From positions 6,806 through 70,805 of the forward strand of contig CAYYNQ010000038.1 of assembly GCA_964473105.1 (NCBI GenBank): a stretch of DNA of 64,000 bases, written 5' to 3'. Position 1 is the first letter of the stretch; every line of letters begins with the position of its first letter. This stretch comes from an uncultured Candidatus Sumerlaeota bacterium (GTDB lineage Bacteria > Sumerlaeota > Sumerlaeia > MVZB01). The notes under the pieces are model-generated. The model saw only the letters and a list, made by a program, of their open reading frames with translations. It made no database searches and was not told the DNA's origin. Shown here in pieces: positions 27,061 to 36,458 of the stretch. The position numbers were made by a program, and so were the translations under genes.

Positions 27061-28046
27061 TGAACCGGAGAAAATTTCTGGGTTCGACCGTGATGGCTGG
27101 CGCCGCACTGCCATTCACAGGGTGCAGCAGACTGATGGACTGGAAAGGTGGAAGCATGTCCATAGACAACATCAGGCTCCTCGACGAGGCTGAGCTGATT
27201 GTGGATGCCGGGGCAACACTGGGGGAGGGGCCCATCTGGGATGAAGCCAACCGTGTTCTCTACTGGCTGGACATCGAGTCCTCCGAACTGCACGAATTTG
27301 ATCCCGCGACGGGAGAGGATCGTTTCTGGAATCTTGGCCAGCAGATCGGGACCGTCGTGCCCTGCCAGTCCGGGGGTGTGATGCTTGCGCTTCACGAGGG
27401 CTTCGCCCATTTTGACACGGACGTCGAAAAACTGACTCTGATTAGCAACCCCGAAGCCCACATGCCCACGACGCGATTCAATGACGGGAAGTGCGATCCG
27501 GCGGGGAGGTTCTGGGCCGGGACATTATCCATGGAGAATGAGGGCAACATCGCCAGCCTCTACATGATGGCCGGGGACCGGTCGGTTCGTCGCATGCTGG
27601 GCGACATCACCTGTTCCAACGGGATCAACTGGAGTCCGGACAACAAGACGATGTACTTTATCGACACGCCGACACACAAGGTCGACGCCTTTGATTATGA
27701 CATTGAAACCGGGAATATCTCCAACCGCAGGCCCGTGATCGAGATGCCTGTCGAGATCGGTTATCCCGATGGGATGACCATCGACACCGAGGGTATGTTA
27801 TGGATAGCTCCGTGGGGTGCGGGCAAGGTCATTCGTTGTAATCCGAAAACCGGTGAATATCTCGCGGCGGTTCCGTGCCGGGCGCTGCAGACCACGGCTT
27901 GTGCATTTGGTGGCCCGGATCTGCGTGACCTTTACATCACAACTGCCGCCGTTGAGGCGGGAATGCCGAGGGGTGAAAACGCTGGCGGGCTGTTTCGTGC
28001 CCGTCCCGGTTCACAGGGGCATCCCATGCCGCCTTTCGCCGGATAG
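27060..28046 (+). CDS. SMP-30/gluconolactonase/LRE family beta-propeller protein, exported (Tat/lipoprotein-like signal)
   Basis: 328 aa. The N-terminus is MNRRKFLGSTVMAGAALPFTGCS. Family motifs: GEGPIWDEANRVLYWLDI, SNGINWSPDNKTMYFIDT, YPDGMTID. The start ATG shares one base with the TGA stop of the DUF1501 gene. Confidence 0.85.
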   Translation: MNRRKFLGSTVMAGAALPFTGCSRLMDWKGGSMSIDNIRLLDEAELIVDAGATLGEGPIWDEANRVLYWLDIESSELHEFDPATGEDRFWNLGQQIGTVVPCQSGGVMLALHEGFAHFDTDVEKLTLISNPEAHMPTTRFNDGKCDPAGRFWAGTLSMENEGNIASLYMMAGDRSVRRMLGDITCSNGINWSPDNKTMYFIDTPTHKVDAFDYDIETGNISNRRPVIEMPVEIGYPDGMTIDTEGMLWIAPWGAGKVIRCNPKTGEYLAAVPCRALQTTACAFGGPDLRDLYITTAAVEAGMPRGENAGGLFRARPGSQGHPMPPFAG

Positions 28047-28051
28047 GCGTT

Positions 28052-29296
28052 TCATCCCGTCCATACCGGACCTGACCGGTCCTGCCCGAACAGGGGTTCG
28101 CAACCCGTTTTCGTGACGATGAATGTCTTCTCGAGCTGCAGTCCGCCCGCGTCCGGGATCATCACCGGTGTCTCGAGGTTGAACACCATCCCTGTTTCCA
28201 GTTCAAGGTCCGACGGGATGTCGATGCAGTCGTCGTGCAGGAGTTTCCCGCTGTCGGGCATGATCATCGGGTATTCTCGCATGTCCAGGCCGAGGCCGTG
28301 TCCGATTGTGGAAATGATCCATTCAGGATGATCATCCACGACTTCCTGCATGGATTTCTGAACGGTTGAGGATCTTACACCGGGACGTGCTGCCGCCCGT
28401 CCCGCCTCAACTGCGTCCTGCAGGATCGGGAAAATTCTTTGGTATTGATCCTCCACCCCGGGCGTCATCAGCGTTGTGCCGCTGTCGGAATAATGATGGC
28501 CCGCGATACAGCCCGTGTCGATAAATAGGAACTCGCCGGGTTGGATGACATGCTCGGGTCCGGATGCGATCCCGTATCCCCGGATACTGTAGGAGAAATG
28601 TTCGGATTCCGCGCCGGCCTTTGCGACCTCAACCCGGAAATGTTCACGTAGTTCGGACATCCTTGTACCGGGTCGGGCGACTTGCAGGAAATTCATCATG
28701 GCCTGCTCATTGATAAGTCCGCTGTGACTCAGGGATTCGATCTCGTCGGGAGACTTCACCGCCCGAATCAGCCTCAATAGATTTGAACAGTCCATAAGTT
28801 GTGCATCGGGCAGTGCCTCCGATAGAAATCGACGTGCCGGTCCCGATATACCGTCCATCTCAAGACCGATCACCGACCGGTCAAACTTGTGGTCCTTCAG
28901 CATGTGGGCCAGGGCCTCGTGTGGTGAGGATGGATGATCGTCCCTTGAAAACAGGGCATGAAAGCCCGCAAGGCCGGGTTCCGGCGACTTGGGTTCGGGA
29001 ACCAGGTTTATCTTGGGCTTTCCTGCCAGATAGACTTCACTGTTGCAGCCCATCGTGTTGACGGCAAAATTGGGCCTCACGACAAGCAAGGGATCACCGC
29101 CGGCCGGCCGGGCGGCATATGTTGGCACGAGGTCCGCGGATGAACCGGGCATGGCCATGTACTCTCTGAGACGCGAATCCATCCAGCAGGCGTAGCCGGT
29201 CAGGTATGTGACAGTGGACGGTATGGCGGCAACCACGACGTCCAGACCGTGGTCCCGCATGAATTGGTCCGCGCGTGTTTTGTTGAACAACACCAT
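28052..29296 (-). CDS. M24 family metallopeptidase (Xaa-Pro peptidase/creatinase-like)
   Basis: Motifs: FLFIDTGCIAGHHYSDSGTT, IGHGLGLDMREYP, MVFNLETP (the D-D-H-E-E ligand pattern). I placed the start at MVLFNKTRADQF (29296). The ORF extends to 29416. Confidence 0.8.
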   Translation of the reverse strand: MVLFNKTRADQFMRDHGLDVVVAAIPSTVTYLTGYACWMDSRLREYMAMPGSSADLVPTYAARPAGGDPLLVVRPNFAVNTMGCNSEVYLAGKPKINLVPEPKSPEPGLAGFHALFSRDDHPSSPHEALAHMLKDHKFDRSVIGLEMDGISGPARRFLSEALPDAQLMDCSNLLRLIRAVKSPDEIESLSHSGLINEQAMMNFLQVARPGTRMSELREHFRVEVAKAGAESEHFSYSIRGYGIASGPEHVIQPGEFLFIDTGCIAGHHYSDSGTTLMTPGVEDQYQRIFPILQDAVEAGRAAARPGVRSSTVQKSMQEVVDDHPEWIISTIGHGLGLDMREYPMIMPDSGKLLHDDCIDIPSDLELETGMVFNLETPVMIPDAGGLQLEKTFIVTKTGCEPLFGQDRSGPVWTG

Positions 29297-29551
29297 TCCA
29301 GACCCGGCCTTTCCCGATTCATCTTCCGGTTCATGCATGAGCCCCCATTGAAACCCAATCGGGGAAAATCTTCCATGGAAACCGCCGTCAGTTCGGGGTT
29401 GCCTTACAGGTTGCATCGGTTAGAATTGGTGCGGACTCAACCGGACAGGGAATGGATCAAGGCTGTAGGGGGCTGTGCCGAGGTCCGTCAAATCCGGGAC
29501 AACCGGGGATCCGACCCCACCAGGGTGTCGGCTGAACCCCTCGATATTATC

Positions 29552-30337
29552 ATGGAGGCATGCAATTCAATGCTTTTAGAGAACAGGGTGGCATTGATTA
29601 CCGGGGGAACCAACGGGATCGGCCGCGCATCGGCGGAGCGTTTTGCAGAGGAGGGTGCGAAAGTTGTTATCTGCGGCCGAAACGACGAACGTGGTCAGGA
29701 TGTCGTGAGGACGATCGAGGAGAACGGGGGTGAAGCACTCTACCTCCGGATTGATGTCGGCCAGATGTCGGGCATCAAAAATCTCATTGATGCCACGTAC
29801 GACCGGTTTGGCAAGCTCGATGTCATATTCAGCAACGCGGGAATCTATGGCATGAAGGGTAGCGCCGTGGATATCACGGAGGAGGATTTCGATCGGGTCC
29901 TCTCGGTCAACCTGAAGGCTGCCTGGATGCTAGCTCACAATGCCTTCCCCCGCATGCTTGGGGACGGAGGCGGTGTGATGATCATCTGCGGATCGCCCCA
30001 CTCGAAGCGTGGTTATGCGAACTACTGTGCATACCAGACAACCAAGGGAGGCCTGGCTGCGCTGACACGGTCGCTGGGGGCGGATTTCGCGCCCGATATC
30101 CGTGTCAACTGCCTGATCCCCGGCGCCTTTATCACGGGATTGTGGGATGATGTCCCTCGGGAAACCATCGACATGAGCGCGAAGTTCTGCATCATGCAGC
30201 GAAATGGGGAGCTTCGGGAGATCGCTGACGCGGCGCTGTTTCTGGCGTCGGACATGTCTTCATTCATGACCGGGGCGGACCTGGTTGTCGACGGAGGCCT
30301 GATCAACATCATCAACAAATACAAGAAAAAAGAATGA
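29552..30337 (+). CDS. short-chain dehydrogenase/reductase (SDR)
   Basis: VALITGGTNGIGRA is the TGxxxGxG motif, NAG is present, and YCAYQTTK is the YxxxK motif. The ORF track extends to 29249, which would overlap the divergent M24 gene. I placed the start at 29552, with 29570 as an alternative. Confidence 0.85.
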   Translation: MEACNSMLLENRVALITGGTNGIGRASAERFAEEGAKVVICGRNDERGQDVVRTIEENGGEALYLRIDVGQMSGIKNLIDATYDRFGKLDVIFSNAGIYGMKGSAVDITEEDFDRVLSVNLKAAWMLAHNAFPRMLGDGGGVMIICGSPHSKRGYANYCAYQTTKGGLAALTRSLGADFAPDIRVNCLIPGAFITGLWDDVPRETIDMSAKFCIMQRNGELREIADAALFLASDMSSFMTGADLVVDGGLINIINKYKKKE

Positions 30338-30396
30338 TCGCTGGAATTCGGCAGGAAGGGGTGCAGTTCATCCTGTGATGGACTGCCGTGGTCAAT

Positions 30397-31176
30397 ATGG
30401 CACCGATGACAGTCAAGGAGATGCTGGCCTGCAAGGGCAAGAGGAAGCTGACCATGATCGCGGTCAATGGCTTTGATGATGCGCAGGCTTGTGAAATGGC
30501 CGGGATCGACATGCTTGCATTGAGGGCCTCGAACCTTCCCCCGGTTCGTGAGGGTGCACCAAACTGTTTTGTGCGGCCAGCCGCGACAAGGGCGAATTAC
30601 CGGCCCAGCAATGAGGCTGCGATCCGTGAATGTTTCTCGTTGATCGAGCAGGGGGCTGATGCGATCCATATGGTTCCGGGCCTGGAACGGGTCCGTGCCG
30701 TTGCACAGATGAAGATCCCGGTTTTCAGCCATGTCGGGTTCTGCCCGGACTTTATGTCATGGACCGGGGGTTACAGGGCGGTTGGCAAGACGGCCGATGA
30801 GGCCATGCAGGTTTACCGTGAGACGCTGCAGATCCAGGATGCCGGTGCGGTTGGCGTGGAGATGGAGGTTGTGCCCGAGAAGATAGCCGCAGAGATTACC
30901 AAACGGGTCGAGATCCATGTCTCCTCGCTTGGGAGTGGATCCGGATGCGACAGCGAGATGTTGTTTGCCGTCGACATGTTGGGAACCCACAACAAGCATT
31001 ACCCACGTCATGCCAAGCGCTACCGAAATTACTTTGAGGACTCCGTCGAGGTGTTCAGGCAGTTCAGGCAGGAGGTTGAGGACGGGATTTTCCCGACCGA
31101 GGAGCATACCGTCAGGATCAAGGATGACGAGTTCGACAAGTTTATGGATCAGGTGGATAAGGGGAAATGGGCATGA
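30397..31176 (+). CDS. PanB (ketopantoate hydroxymethyltransferase)-like protein with degenerate active-site motifs
   Basis: REGAPNC, GADAIHMVPG, IPVFSHVGFCP, GGYRAVGK, VEMEVVPEKIAAEITKRV and SSLGSGSGCDSEMLF align by eye with E. coli PanB (RRGAPNC, GANMVKIEGG, VPVCGHLGLTP, GGYKVQGR, LVLECVPVELAKRIT, IGIGAGNVTDGQILV). I used the ATG at 30397. The ORF track starts at GTG 30388. Confidence 0.75.
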   Translation: MAPMTVKEMLACKGKRKLTMIAVNGFDDAQACEMAGIDMLALRASNLPPVREGAPNCFVRPAATRANYRPSNEAAIRECFSLIEQGADAIHMVPGLERVRAVAQMKIPVFSHVGFCPDFMSWTGGYRAVGKTADEAMQVYRETLQIQDAGAVGVEMEVVPEKIAAEITKRVEIHVSSLGSGSGCDSEMLFAVDMLGTHNKHYPRHAKRYRNYFEDSVEVFRQFRQEVEDGIFPTEEHTVRIKDDEFDKFMDQVDKGKWA

Positions 31177-32966
31177 GACTTCCATGGAAACATCGGGGCC
31201 GCTGGTTCCTTCGTGGATGCATGGGAATATTCATTCATCAATATCTCGGCATGGTCATGATCTTGCCGATTCTTGTGATCATGGCCGGGTTGCCCGTTGC
31301 CACGGCGGCCACTGCAGATCTGGTGGTCATGGAACCCACCATGGTACCGATGCGCGACGGCACGCGACTGGCAACGAATATTTACAGGATTGCCGGGGAG
31401 ACCGGACCTGCCCCGGTGCTGCTGCTGAAGACCGGTTACGGCCGGACCGGGTTCGATGATCAGGCACGTCGGATCGCCGCCCGGGGTTATGTTGCCGTCA
31501 CGCAGGACAGTAGCGGACGGTTTGGCTCCGAGGGTGAATACATGGTTTACTGGGGCGAACCTCCCGACGGTTTCGACACCGTGACCTGGATTCGCGAACA
31601 ACCCTGGTGCGATGGACAGGTCGGGATGTGGGGAGGGTCCTACATGGGCTCGATCCAGTGGCTGACCGCTACTACGGGTGTTCCACTGGGGGCGCTTGCC
31701 CCCACCGCATCGTGCAGTTATTTCTACCACAATGTCTATAATCAGGGCGGGGTGATTATACTGTCTTTGGTCCGCGCGGGATTTGGGGCGAATGTCTACG
31801 GCCCCCCGCCCGAGGCCGGGGCTTCACCCAAATGGCCTGAGTGGTATCTGACCCTTCCGTTGATGGATTTTGATGATGTTGTGGGCTATCCCGCGCCCAT
31901 GCAGATGAACATGATCAAGCATCATACCCCGGACGGCTTCTGGCGTGAGACCGATGCACGTAACTTTGAAGTCATGGATTTCCCGGCACAGCATATCGTC
32001 GGTTATTACGACTTCTTGTGCTGGGGGTCGGTTTATGCCTATCAGGGGATGCGGCATCGCTCCGCCTCGGCCCGTTCAAGGAACAACCAGCAGCTGGTTC
32101 TTGGCCCATGGGATCACGGGTCACTGAGCAATTCCAAGACCGGTGATGTGGAATTCGGTGAATATTCAGGGATCGACGTGTTTGAGGAGAACATGAAATG
32201 GTATGACCGCTGGTTCAGGGGGGTCGATGCAGACAAGTCTTATCCACGCGTGCGTTATTTCATGATGGGAACGAACGAGTGGCGTGAGTCGACAGACTGG
32301 CCGCCCGGGGAATCCTTGCTGTCCCCCTTTTATCTTCATTCCGGCGGTGGGGCCAACACGCGGGGCGGCGATGGCAGGATCAGCCTGCGCCCGCCGACCA
32401 TCCACCAGCCGCCCGATCGCTTTGAAGCGGATCCTGCCGATCCCGTCCCGTCTGCGCCGGCACATAAGACAAAATATTTTGACGGGTTCGGGCCGTATGA
32501 CCAGCAGGTTGCGCATGACCGGCAGGATGTATTGGTTTTCCAGACCGAGCCGCTTGAGGAGCCGGTCAGTTTTGCCGGGGCGCTCAGTGCGGAGTTGTAC
32601 ATCACGACAAACACGCCGGATGCCGATTTTGTCGTTAAAGTGGTCGATGTTCATCCCGACGGGTTCTCTCACCCCCTCGCCCATGGCATTCTCAGGGCCA
32701 GTGCACGTGAATCACTTGTGGAGCGCAAACCGCTGGTACCGGGGGAAGTTTACCTGTTGAACATTGACCTGGGTCATTCTGCGGCGACCGTGGTGGCTGG
32801 TCACCGGCTTGCGTTTCAGATTCAGGGCAGCCACTTCCCGGTCTGGGAACGAAATACAAATACCGGTGAGGGCCCGTTCGGCCGGGAGGTTTTGGTTTCA
32901 ACCCAGACGGTGTATCACGATCCCGGCCGACCCTCGCGAATTCTGCTGCCGCTGCTGAATGATTGA
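31173..32966 (+). CDS. CocE/NonD family (S15 X-Pro dipeptidyl-peptidase-like) alpha/beta hydrolase, secreted
   Basis: GMWGGSYMGSIQW carries the GxSYxG nucleophile elbow. The N-terminus has a hydrophobic signal (ILPILVIMAGLPVATAATA), and the C-terminal beta-sandwich region is typical. ATG 31173 overlaps the PanB-like stop (ATGA). Alternative starts lie at 31167, 31221 and 31251. Confidence 0.85.
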   Translation: MRLPWKHRGRWFLRGCMGIFIHQYLGMVMILPILVIMAGLPVATAATADLVVMEPTMVPMRDGTRLATNIYRIAGETGPAPVLLLKTGYGRTGFDDQARRIAARGYVAVTQDSSGRFGSEGEYMVYWGEPPDGFDTVTWIREQPWCDGQVGMWGGSYMGSIQWLTATTGVPLGALAPTASCSYFYHNVYNQGGVIILSLVRAGFGANVYGPPPEAGASPKWPEWYLTLPLMDFDDVVGYPAPMQMNMIKHHTPDGFWRETDARNFEVMDFPAQHIVGYYDFLCWGSVYAYQGMRHRSASARSRNNQQLVLGPWDHGSLSNSKTGDVEFGEYSGIDVFEENMKWYDRWFRGVDADKSYPRVRYFMMGTNEWRESTDWPPGESLLSPFYLHSGGGANTRGGDGRISLRPPTIHQPPDRFEADPADPVPSAPAHKTKYFDGFGPYDQQVAHDRQDVLVFQTEPLEEPVSFAGALSAELYITTNTPDADFVVKVVDVHPDGFSHPLAHGILRASARESLVERKPLVPGEVYLLNIDLGHSAATVVAGHRLAFQIQGSHFPVWERNTNTGEGPFGREVLVSTQTVYHDPGRPSRILLPLLND

Positions 32967-33128
32967 AGTCTTTCTGCGGACGAACGTCACATGCAGGGGG
33001 GACATGACCCCGCTCAAAAGAAATGGCGCAGCTCGTTCGTGAGTCCAGCATCGGTCCGTTTTTGTCCAGTGCTGTACGCCGTGTATGGACGGGCTGATCG
33101 GTCAACGTACGCATGAACTGATGAACGA

Positions 33129-34961
33129 TTATTCGGCCGCAAGCACCATGACAAGTTTTTCACCGGCCGCATGGGGTAGGCTGGTTTTTCCGTCCAGGAT
33201 CGAGCGCCAGGAAAACCGGACCTTTCGTGGCGAAGGGGTTGGGGGGGCATCTGCATCGGCATACAGGATGATTTCCGCCTCGCGTGTAACCGTCAGAAAC
33301 CTTTCCTTGAAACCCTCGTCAGGGTTGATTCCGGTCTCGGGATTGTAATCGCTTGCGGTCCAGGCGTGTAATCCTTGGGGGAGGTCCTCCACCGAGATGG
33401 CGATCTCACCGCTGTATCCCTCCTCCTGCTGCATCATCACGGTCAGCTTGTGTGCATTCCCCTGCCGCAGGTTGACCCGGTCGCCTGTAATCCAGACGGC
33501 TCCGACGTGCGGGATCTGCCGGCGGACCAACAACCGGTAATGGAAATCCGGGTCTCCGTTACGTGAGGTGATATCACGCATTTCCAGTAAATATTCACCC
33601 TCCAGTTTGAAGGTGTACAGGGTGCGTGGCTGGATGTCCTTGGCATAGAATGTAAAGTTGCGGACCAGCCGTTTGTAGATGTTCGTCAGGAACTCGTTGC
33701 CATCCATGTCACGGATTCCTATGCGTGGGTTGAACAGCGGTGGCCCCTTGACCGGGGTTTCAATTTCAAACACCAGTGGCTCGTCCTTGAAGGCATGGAA
33801 CCGGTAATAATCGACATCATCGGGGCGGTCGATGAAGCCTTCGATAATGACCGGCGGGCTGATCTCTTGTGCCTTCTCCATGGAGTCATTGTCGTCGGTT
33901 TTTTCGGCAACCATGGGGATATCATCCAAAATCACTGTCCCGGCGGGGTCGGCGACTGGCATCGCGGGCTCCGGGTTTTCCCGTTGGGGGCTGCCCGGAG
34001 CTTTCCCGTCCTGTTTCCCAACGGTTCGGGTTGAATCGGGGGAGGCAACGGTCAGGTCCCAGAGCTGCCTGATACGACCGGGTGGCAGGCCGCGTTTCCA
34101 GTGTCCGTAGGCCAGCGCTACAGCCTGGGTGTCATCGGCGGAATGCCTGATTGAAATCATGTAAACCGAGGTTTCCGCACCGGGTTTTCGGCCTGGATGT
34201 GATTCCATCGACTCAATGCGCAGCAGATACTGTCCGGCCTCTTCAAACCGATATTCCAGTCTGGGATCGCGGGACAAGTGAGGGCTGACCGGTTCATCGT
34301 TCCGGGCCAGGCGCCTGATTTGGCCTGCATCGAACCAGCTGCCTGTTGGCGCAAAGAGGCTTAACTGCGGGTCGAAGTCCGGGCCTGTCGACTTGACCTG
34401 GAAGACCAGTTGCTCCCCTGCATCCACTTCGAATGAGTAATAGTCCAGCTGGTTGATTTCGATGATGCGCCCGCAGATCACCGACGGGAATGTGACCGGC
34501 TGTGCGTTGGACGGGAGATCATGCGGCCCGGCCATCTCTGTGATGATCGGTTGATCCACCACATCGAAGGATACGCTGTTTGTCAGGCCATCGGAATTGA
34601 TGAAACGTATGCTATGGGACCCGATGCGTGCATCGCCCGCAATACACAACTGCAGCGTGGGGGAGGCATCCCCTTCCGTATGGAGAATCTGTGCAGTCAA
34701 TCCCTGCAAATCATCGGACATTGTCCCGGTAGTCGAATGATCGCCATCGGGTGGTGTTTCGGGTGACTTTTTAACCGGGCCGGAGGGGAACCAGACGGTG
34801 CTTGAGGGTTCGGTGATGACTCCTCCGCCAACTTCCGCCAGCACGACCTGGCCCGGTTCACCACAGGGGGGATAAATAAAGGTGGCATCCTTTGCCCATG
34901 TGCCGTTGCCGCATACAATCAGCAAGGCTGTGAGGAGGAAAGAGGTCCAGCTTGTATTCAT
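33129..34961 (-). CDS. secreted multi-beta-sandwich protein of unknown function ('A2', paralogue of 21057-22808)
   Basis: 610 aa. Signal peptide MNTSWTSFLLTALLIVCGNGTWA. It is collinear with A1. Example: A2 PHDLPSNAQPVTFPSVICGRI..DYYSFEVDAGEQLVFQV versus A1 THDLAANAQLLEVPSIIQGTV..DLYAIDVEAGQELLIEG. Second example: A2 YRLLVRRQIPHVGAV..GDRVNL..QQEEGYSGEIAISVEDLPQG versus A1 YRVLLRPQVPHISSI..GDRLNL..HQEEGFKGDVAFIVENLPEG. Confidence 0.8.
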   Translation of the reverse strand: MNTSWTSFLLTALLIVCGNGTWAKDATFIYPPCGEPGQVVLAEVGGGVITEPSSTVWFPSGPVKKSPETPPDGDHSTTGTMSDDLQGLTAQILHTEGDASPTLQLCIAGDARIGSHSIRFINSDGLTNSVSFDVVDQPIITEMAGPHDLPSNAQPVTFPSVICGRIIEINQLDYYSFEVDAGEQLVFQVKSTGPDFDPQLSLFAPTGSWFDAGQIRRLARNDEPVSPHLSRDPRLEYRFEEAGQYLLRIESMESHPGRKPGAETSVYMISIRHSADDTQAVALAYGHWKRGLPPGRIRQLWDLTVASPDSTRTVGKQDGKAPGSPQRENPEPAMPVADPAGTVILDDIPMVAEKTDDNDSMEKAQEISPPVIIEGFIDRPDDVDYYRFHAFKDEPLVFEIETPVKGPPLFNPRIGIRDMDGNEFLTNIYKRLVRNFTFYAKDIQPRTLYTFKLEGEYLLEMRDITSRNGDPDFHYRLLVRRQIPHVGAVWITGDRVNLRQGNAHKLTVMMQQEEGYSGEIAISVEDLPQGLHAWTASDYNPETGINPDEGFKERFLTVTREAEIILYADADAPPTPSPRKVRFSWRSILDGKTSLPHAAGEKLVMVLAAE

Positions 34962-35115
34962 GATTTCATGTTTGTGCCCGGCGTCATGGTCATCGCGGGA
35001 TGGACGATCAGCCTTCGGGAATATGGCGGGCTCGAGTGTAATGACCGGGCTGAAGATCGGTCGGTTCCATCCTCCCTGCAGAATTTCATGTTGGGCACGA
35101 CTGGAAATGATTCCA

Positions 35116-36450
35116 TCAGATCAACTCATGGATTGGGATTCCGGTCTGGTCGTCAAGAGCATTGGCAATCTTGACGGGGCGCCCCAGCGGAGACATGATT
35201 TCCTTGGTCCAGTCGATTCCCATGGCTTTGTAAATCGTGGCGTGCAGGTCACCAATACTGACTAGGCGGTCTGCAATGTGGGTCCCCTTCTCGTCACTGG
35301 CGCCGACCACATGTCCGCCCTTGATGCCGCCTCCACCGATAGCCATGGACCAGCAATGGGGCCAGTGGTCGCGCCCGCCGTCAGGATTGAAGTGGGTTGT
35401 CCTCCCGAATTCACCCATCACAGCGACGATTGTGGATTCGAGCAGTCCTCGTTGATCAAGGTCTTCCATCAATGCGGCCAGGGCCTGGTCGAACGGCGGC
35501 ATGCCTTCATCGCGGATACTTTCATCGTGATTTCTGTGGGTATCCCAGTTGAACCCGCCCGTTGCCGTCACGAACCGGCAACCGGCCTCCACCAGCCGTC
35601 GCGACAGGAGGAAACTCTGGCCGAATCCATTGCGGCCGTAGGCGTCGCGTGTCCCGCCAGATTCCTTTGACAGGTCAAATGCATGCTTGACTTCGGGTGA
35701 GAGGATCATCTCCAGCGCCTGTGTGCTGTAGGTGTCCAGTGAGTCCATTTCAGCAAGAGGCCTCTTCCGGCGATAGAGGCGGGTCACGACTTCCTGAAAA
35801 GATCTGCGGTCCTCTATACGCTCAATCGGGATGTCCTCGGGAAGCGAGAGGTCGGGCAGCCTGAAATCCCCCTCATCCGGTTTCGGGATCTGAAGCGGTT
35901 CATATTCGGGCCCGAGGAATGCGGATCCAAAATGATAGGAGTTGGTGTCCGGCACATTCACATAGGGGGGGATTCTGTTATTTGAGCCCAGTTCGCTCGC
36001 AATCATGGACCCGATGCTCGGAAACTTCAACGCGGGGTTCTGTCGATGACCCGTGATCGCGTAATGGATTGCCTCGGGGTGGTCGATTTCCTCGGAGTGC
36101 ATCGAGCGAATCAGTGAAAGCTTGTCCATATGATGTGCGACCCTCGGGAGGAGTTCGGAAATCTGGACCCCGTCTGCCCGGGTTGATATTGCACGAAATG
36201 AGCTGGTGGGTTTGGGATCCCAGGAATCAACCTGGCTTGGAGCACCCTTGAGGAACACGAGAATACACGACTGTGCCCGGGAGCGGTTGAATTCACCCTG
36301 AAGACCTTTTACGGCCATGACATCACGGGCTCGAAACCAGTCACTGAGGCCAAACCCGAGCAGGCTCAGCGAGCCCGCGCGCAGGAAGGATCTGCGGTCC
36401 ATCCCCACTTTTCGGTAGGAATCGCAGCAGGTGTCGTGGGTGTTTTTCAT
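35116..36450 (-). CDS. DUF1501 protein, Tat-exported ('C2')
   Basis: 444 aa. MDRRSFLRAGSLSLLGFG is the twin-arginine signal. Other motifs: LKGAPSQVDSWDPKP, MGEFGRTTHFNPDGGRDHWPHCWS. It starts 8 nt after the B2 stop. Confidence 0.9.
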   Translation of the reverse strand: MKNTHDTCCDSYRKVGMDRRSFLRAGSLSLLGFGLSDWFRARDVMAVKGLQGEFNRSRAQSCILVFLKGAPSQVDSWDPKPTSSFRAISTRADGVQISELLPRVAHHMDKLSLIRSMHSEEIDHPEAIHYAITGHRQNPALKFPSIGSMIASELGSNNRIPPYVNVPDTNSYHFGSAFLGPEYEPLQIPKPDEGDFRLPDLSLPEDIPIERIEDRRSFQEVVTRLYRRKRPLAEMDSLDTYSTQALEMILSPEVKHAFDLSKESGGTRDAYGRNGFGQSFLLSRRLVEAGCRFVTATGGFNWDTHRNHDESIRDEGMPPFDQALAALMEDLDQRGLLESTIVAVMGEFGRTTHFNPDGGRDHWPHCWSMAIGGGGIKGGHVVGASDEKGTHIADRLVSIGDLHATIYKAMGIDWTKEIMSPLGRPVKIANALDDQTGIPIHELI

Positions 36451-36458
36451 CCGTGGCC

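Noticed and set aside
25969-27114. Long ORFs on the strand opposite to well-supported genes. Examples: 25969-27114 (381 aa), 40718-41950 (410 aa), 11987-13012 (341 aa), 37269-38219 (316 aa), 55688-56656 (322 aa), 983-1918 (311 aa), 16556-17299, 23639-24325, 24395-25105, 48876-49664, 44595-45353, 63074-63679.
   Set aside because: Each of these mirrors a gene whose product has clear family motifs. Their translations are Arg/Gly/Pro/His-rich with no recognisable motifs. This is the usual stop-codon-poor antisense artefact of GC-rich DNA.
9232-29296. A link between the creatininase-family gene (9232-10116) and the creatinase-like M24 gene (28052-29296) as a creatinine degradation pathway.
   Set aside because: The genes are 18 kb apart in different operons. 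Both families are broad (MftE-like amidases, Xaa-Pro peptidases). No sarcosine oxidase or related genes are present.
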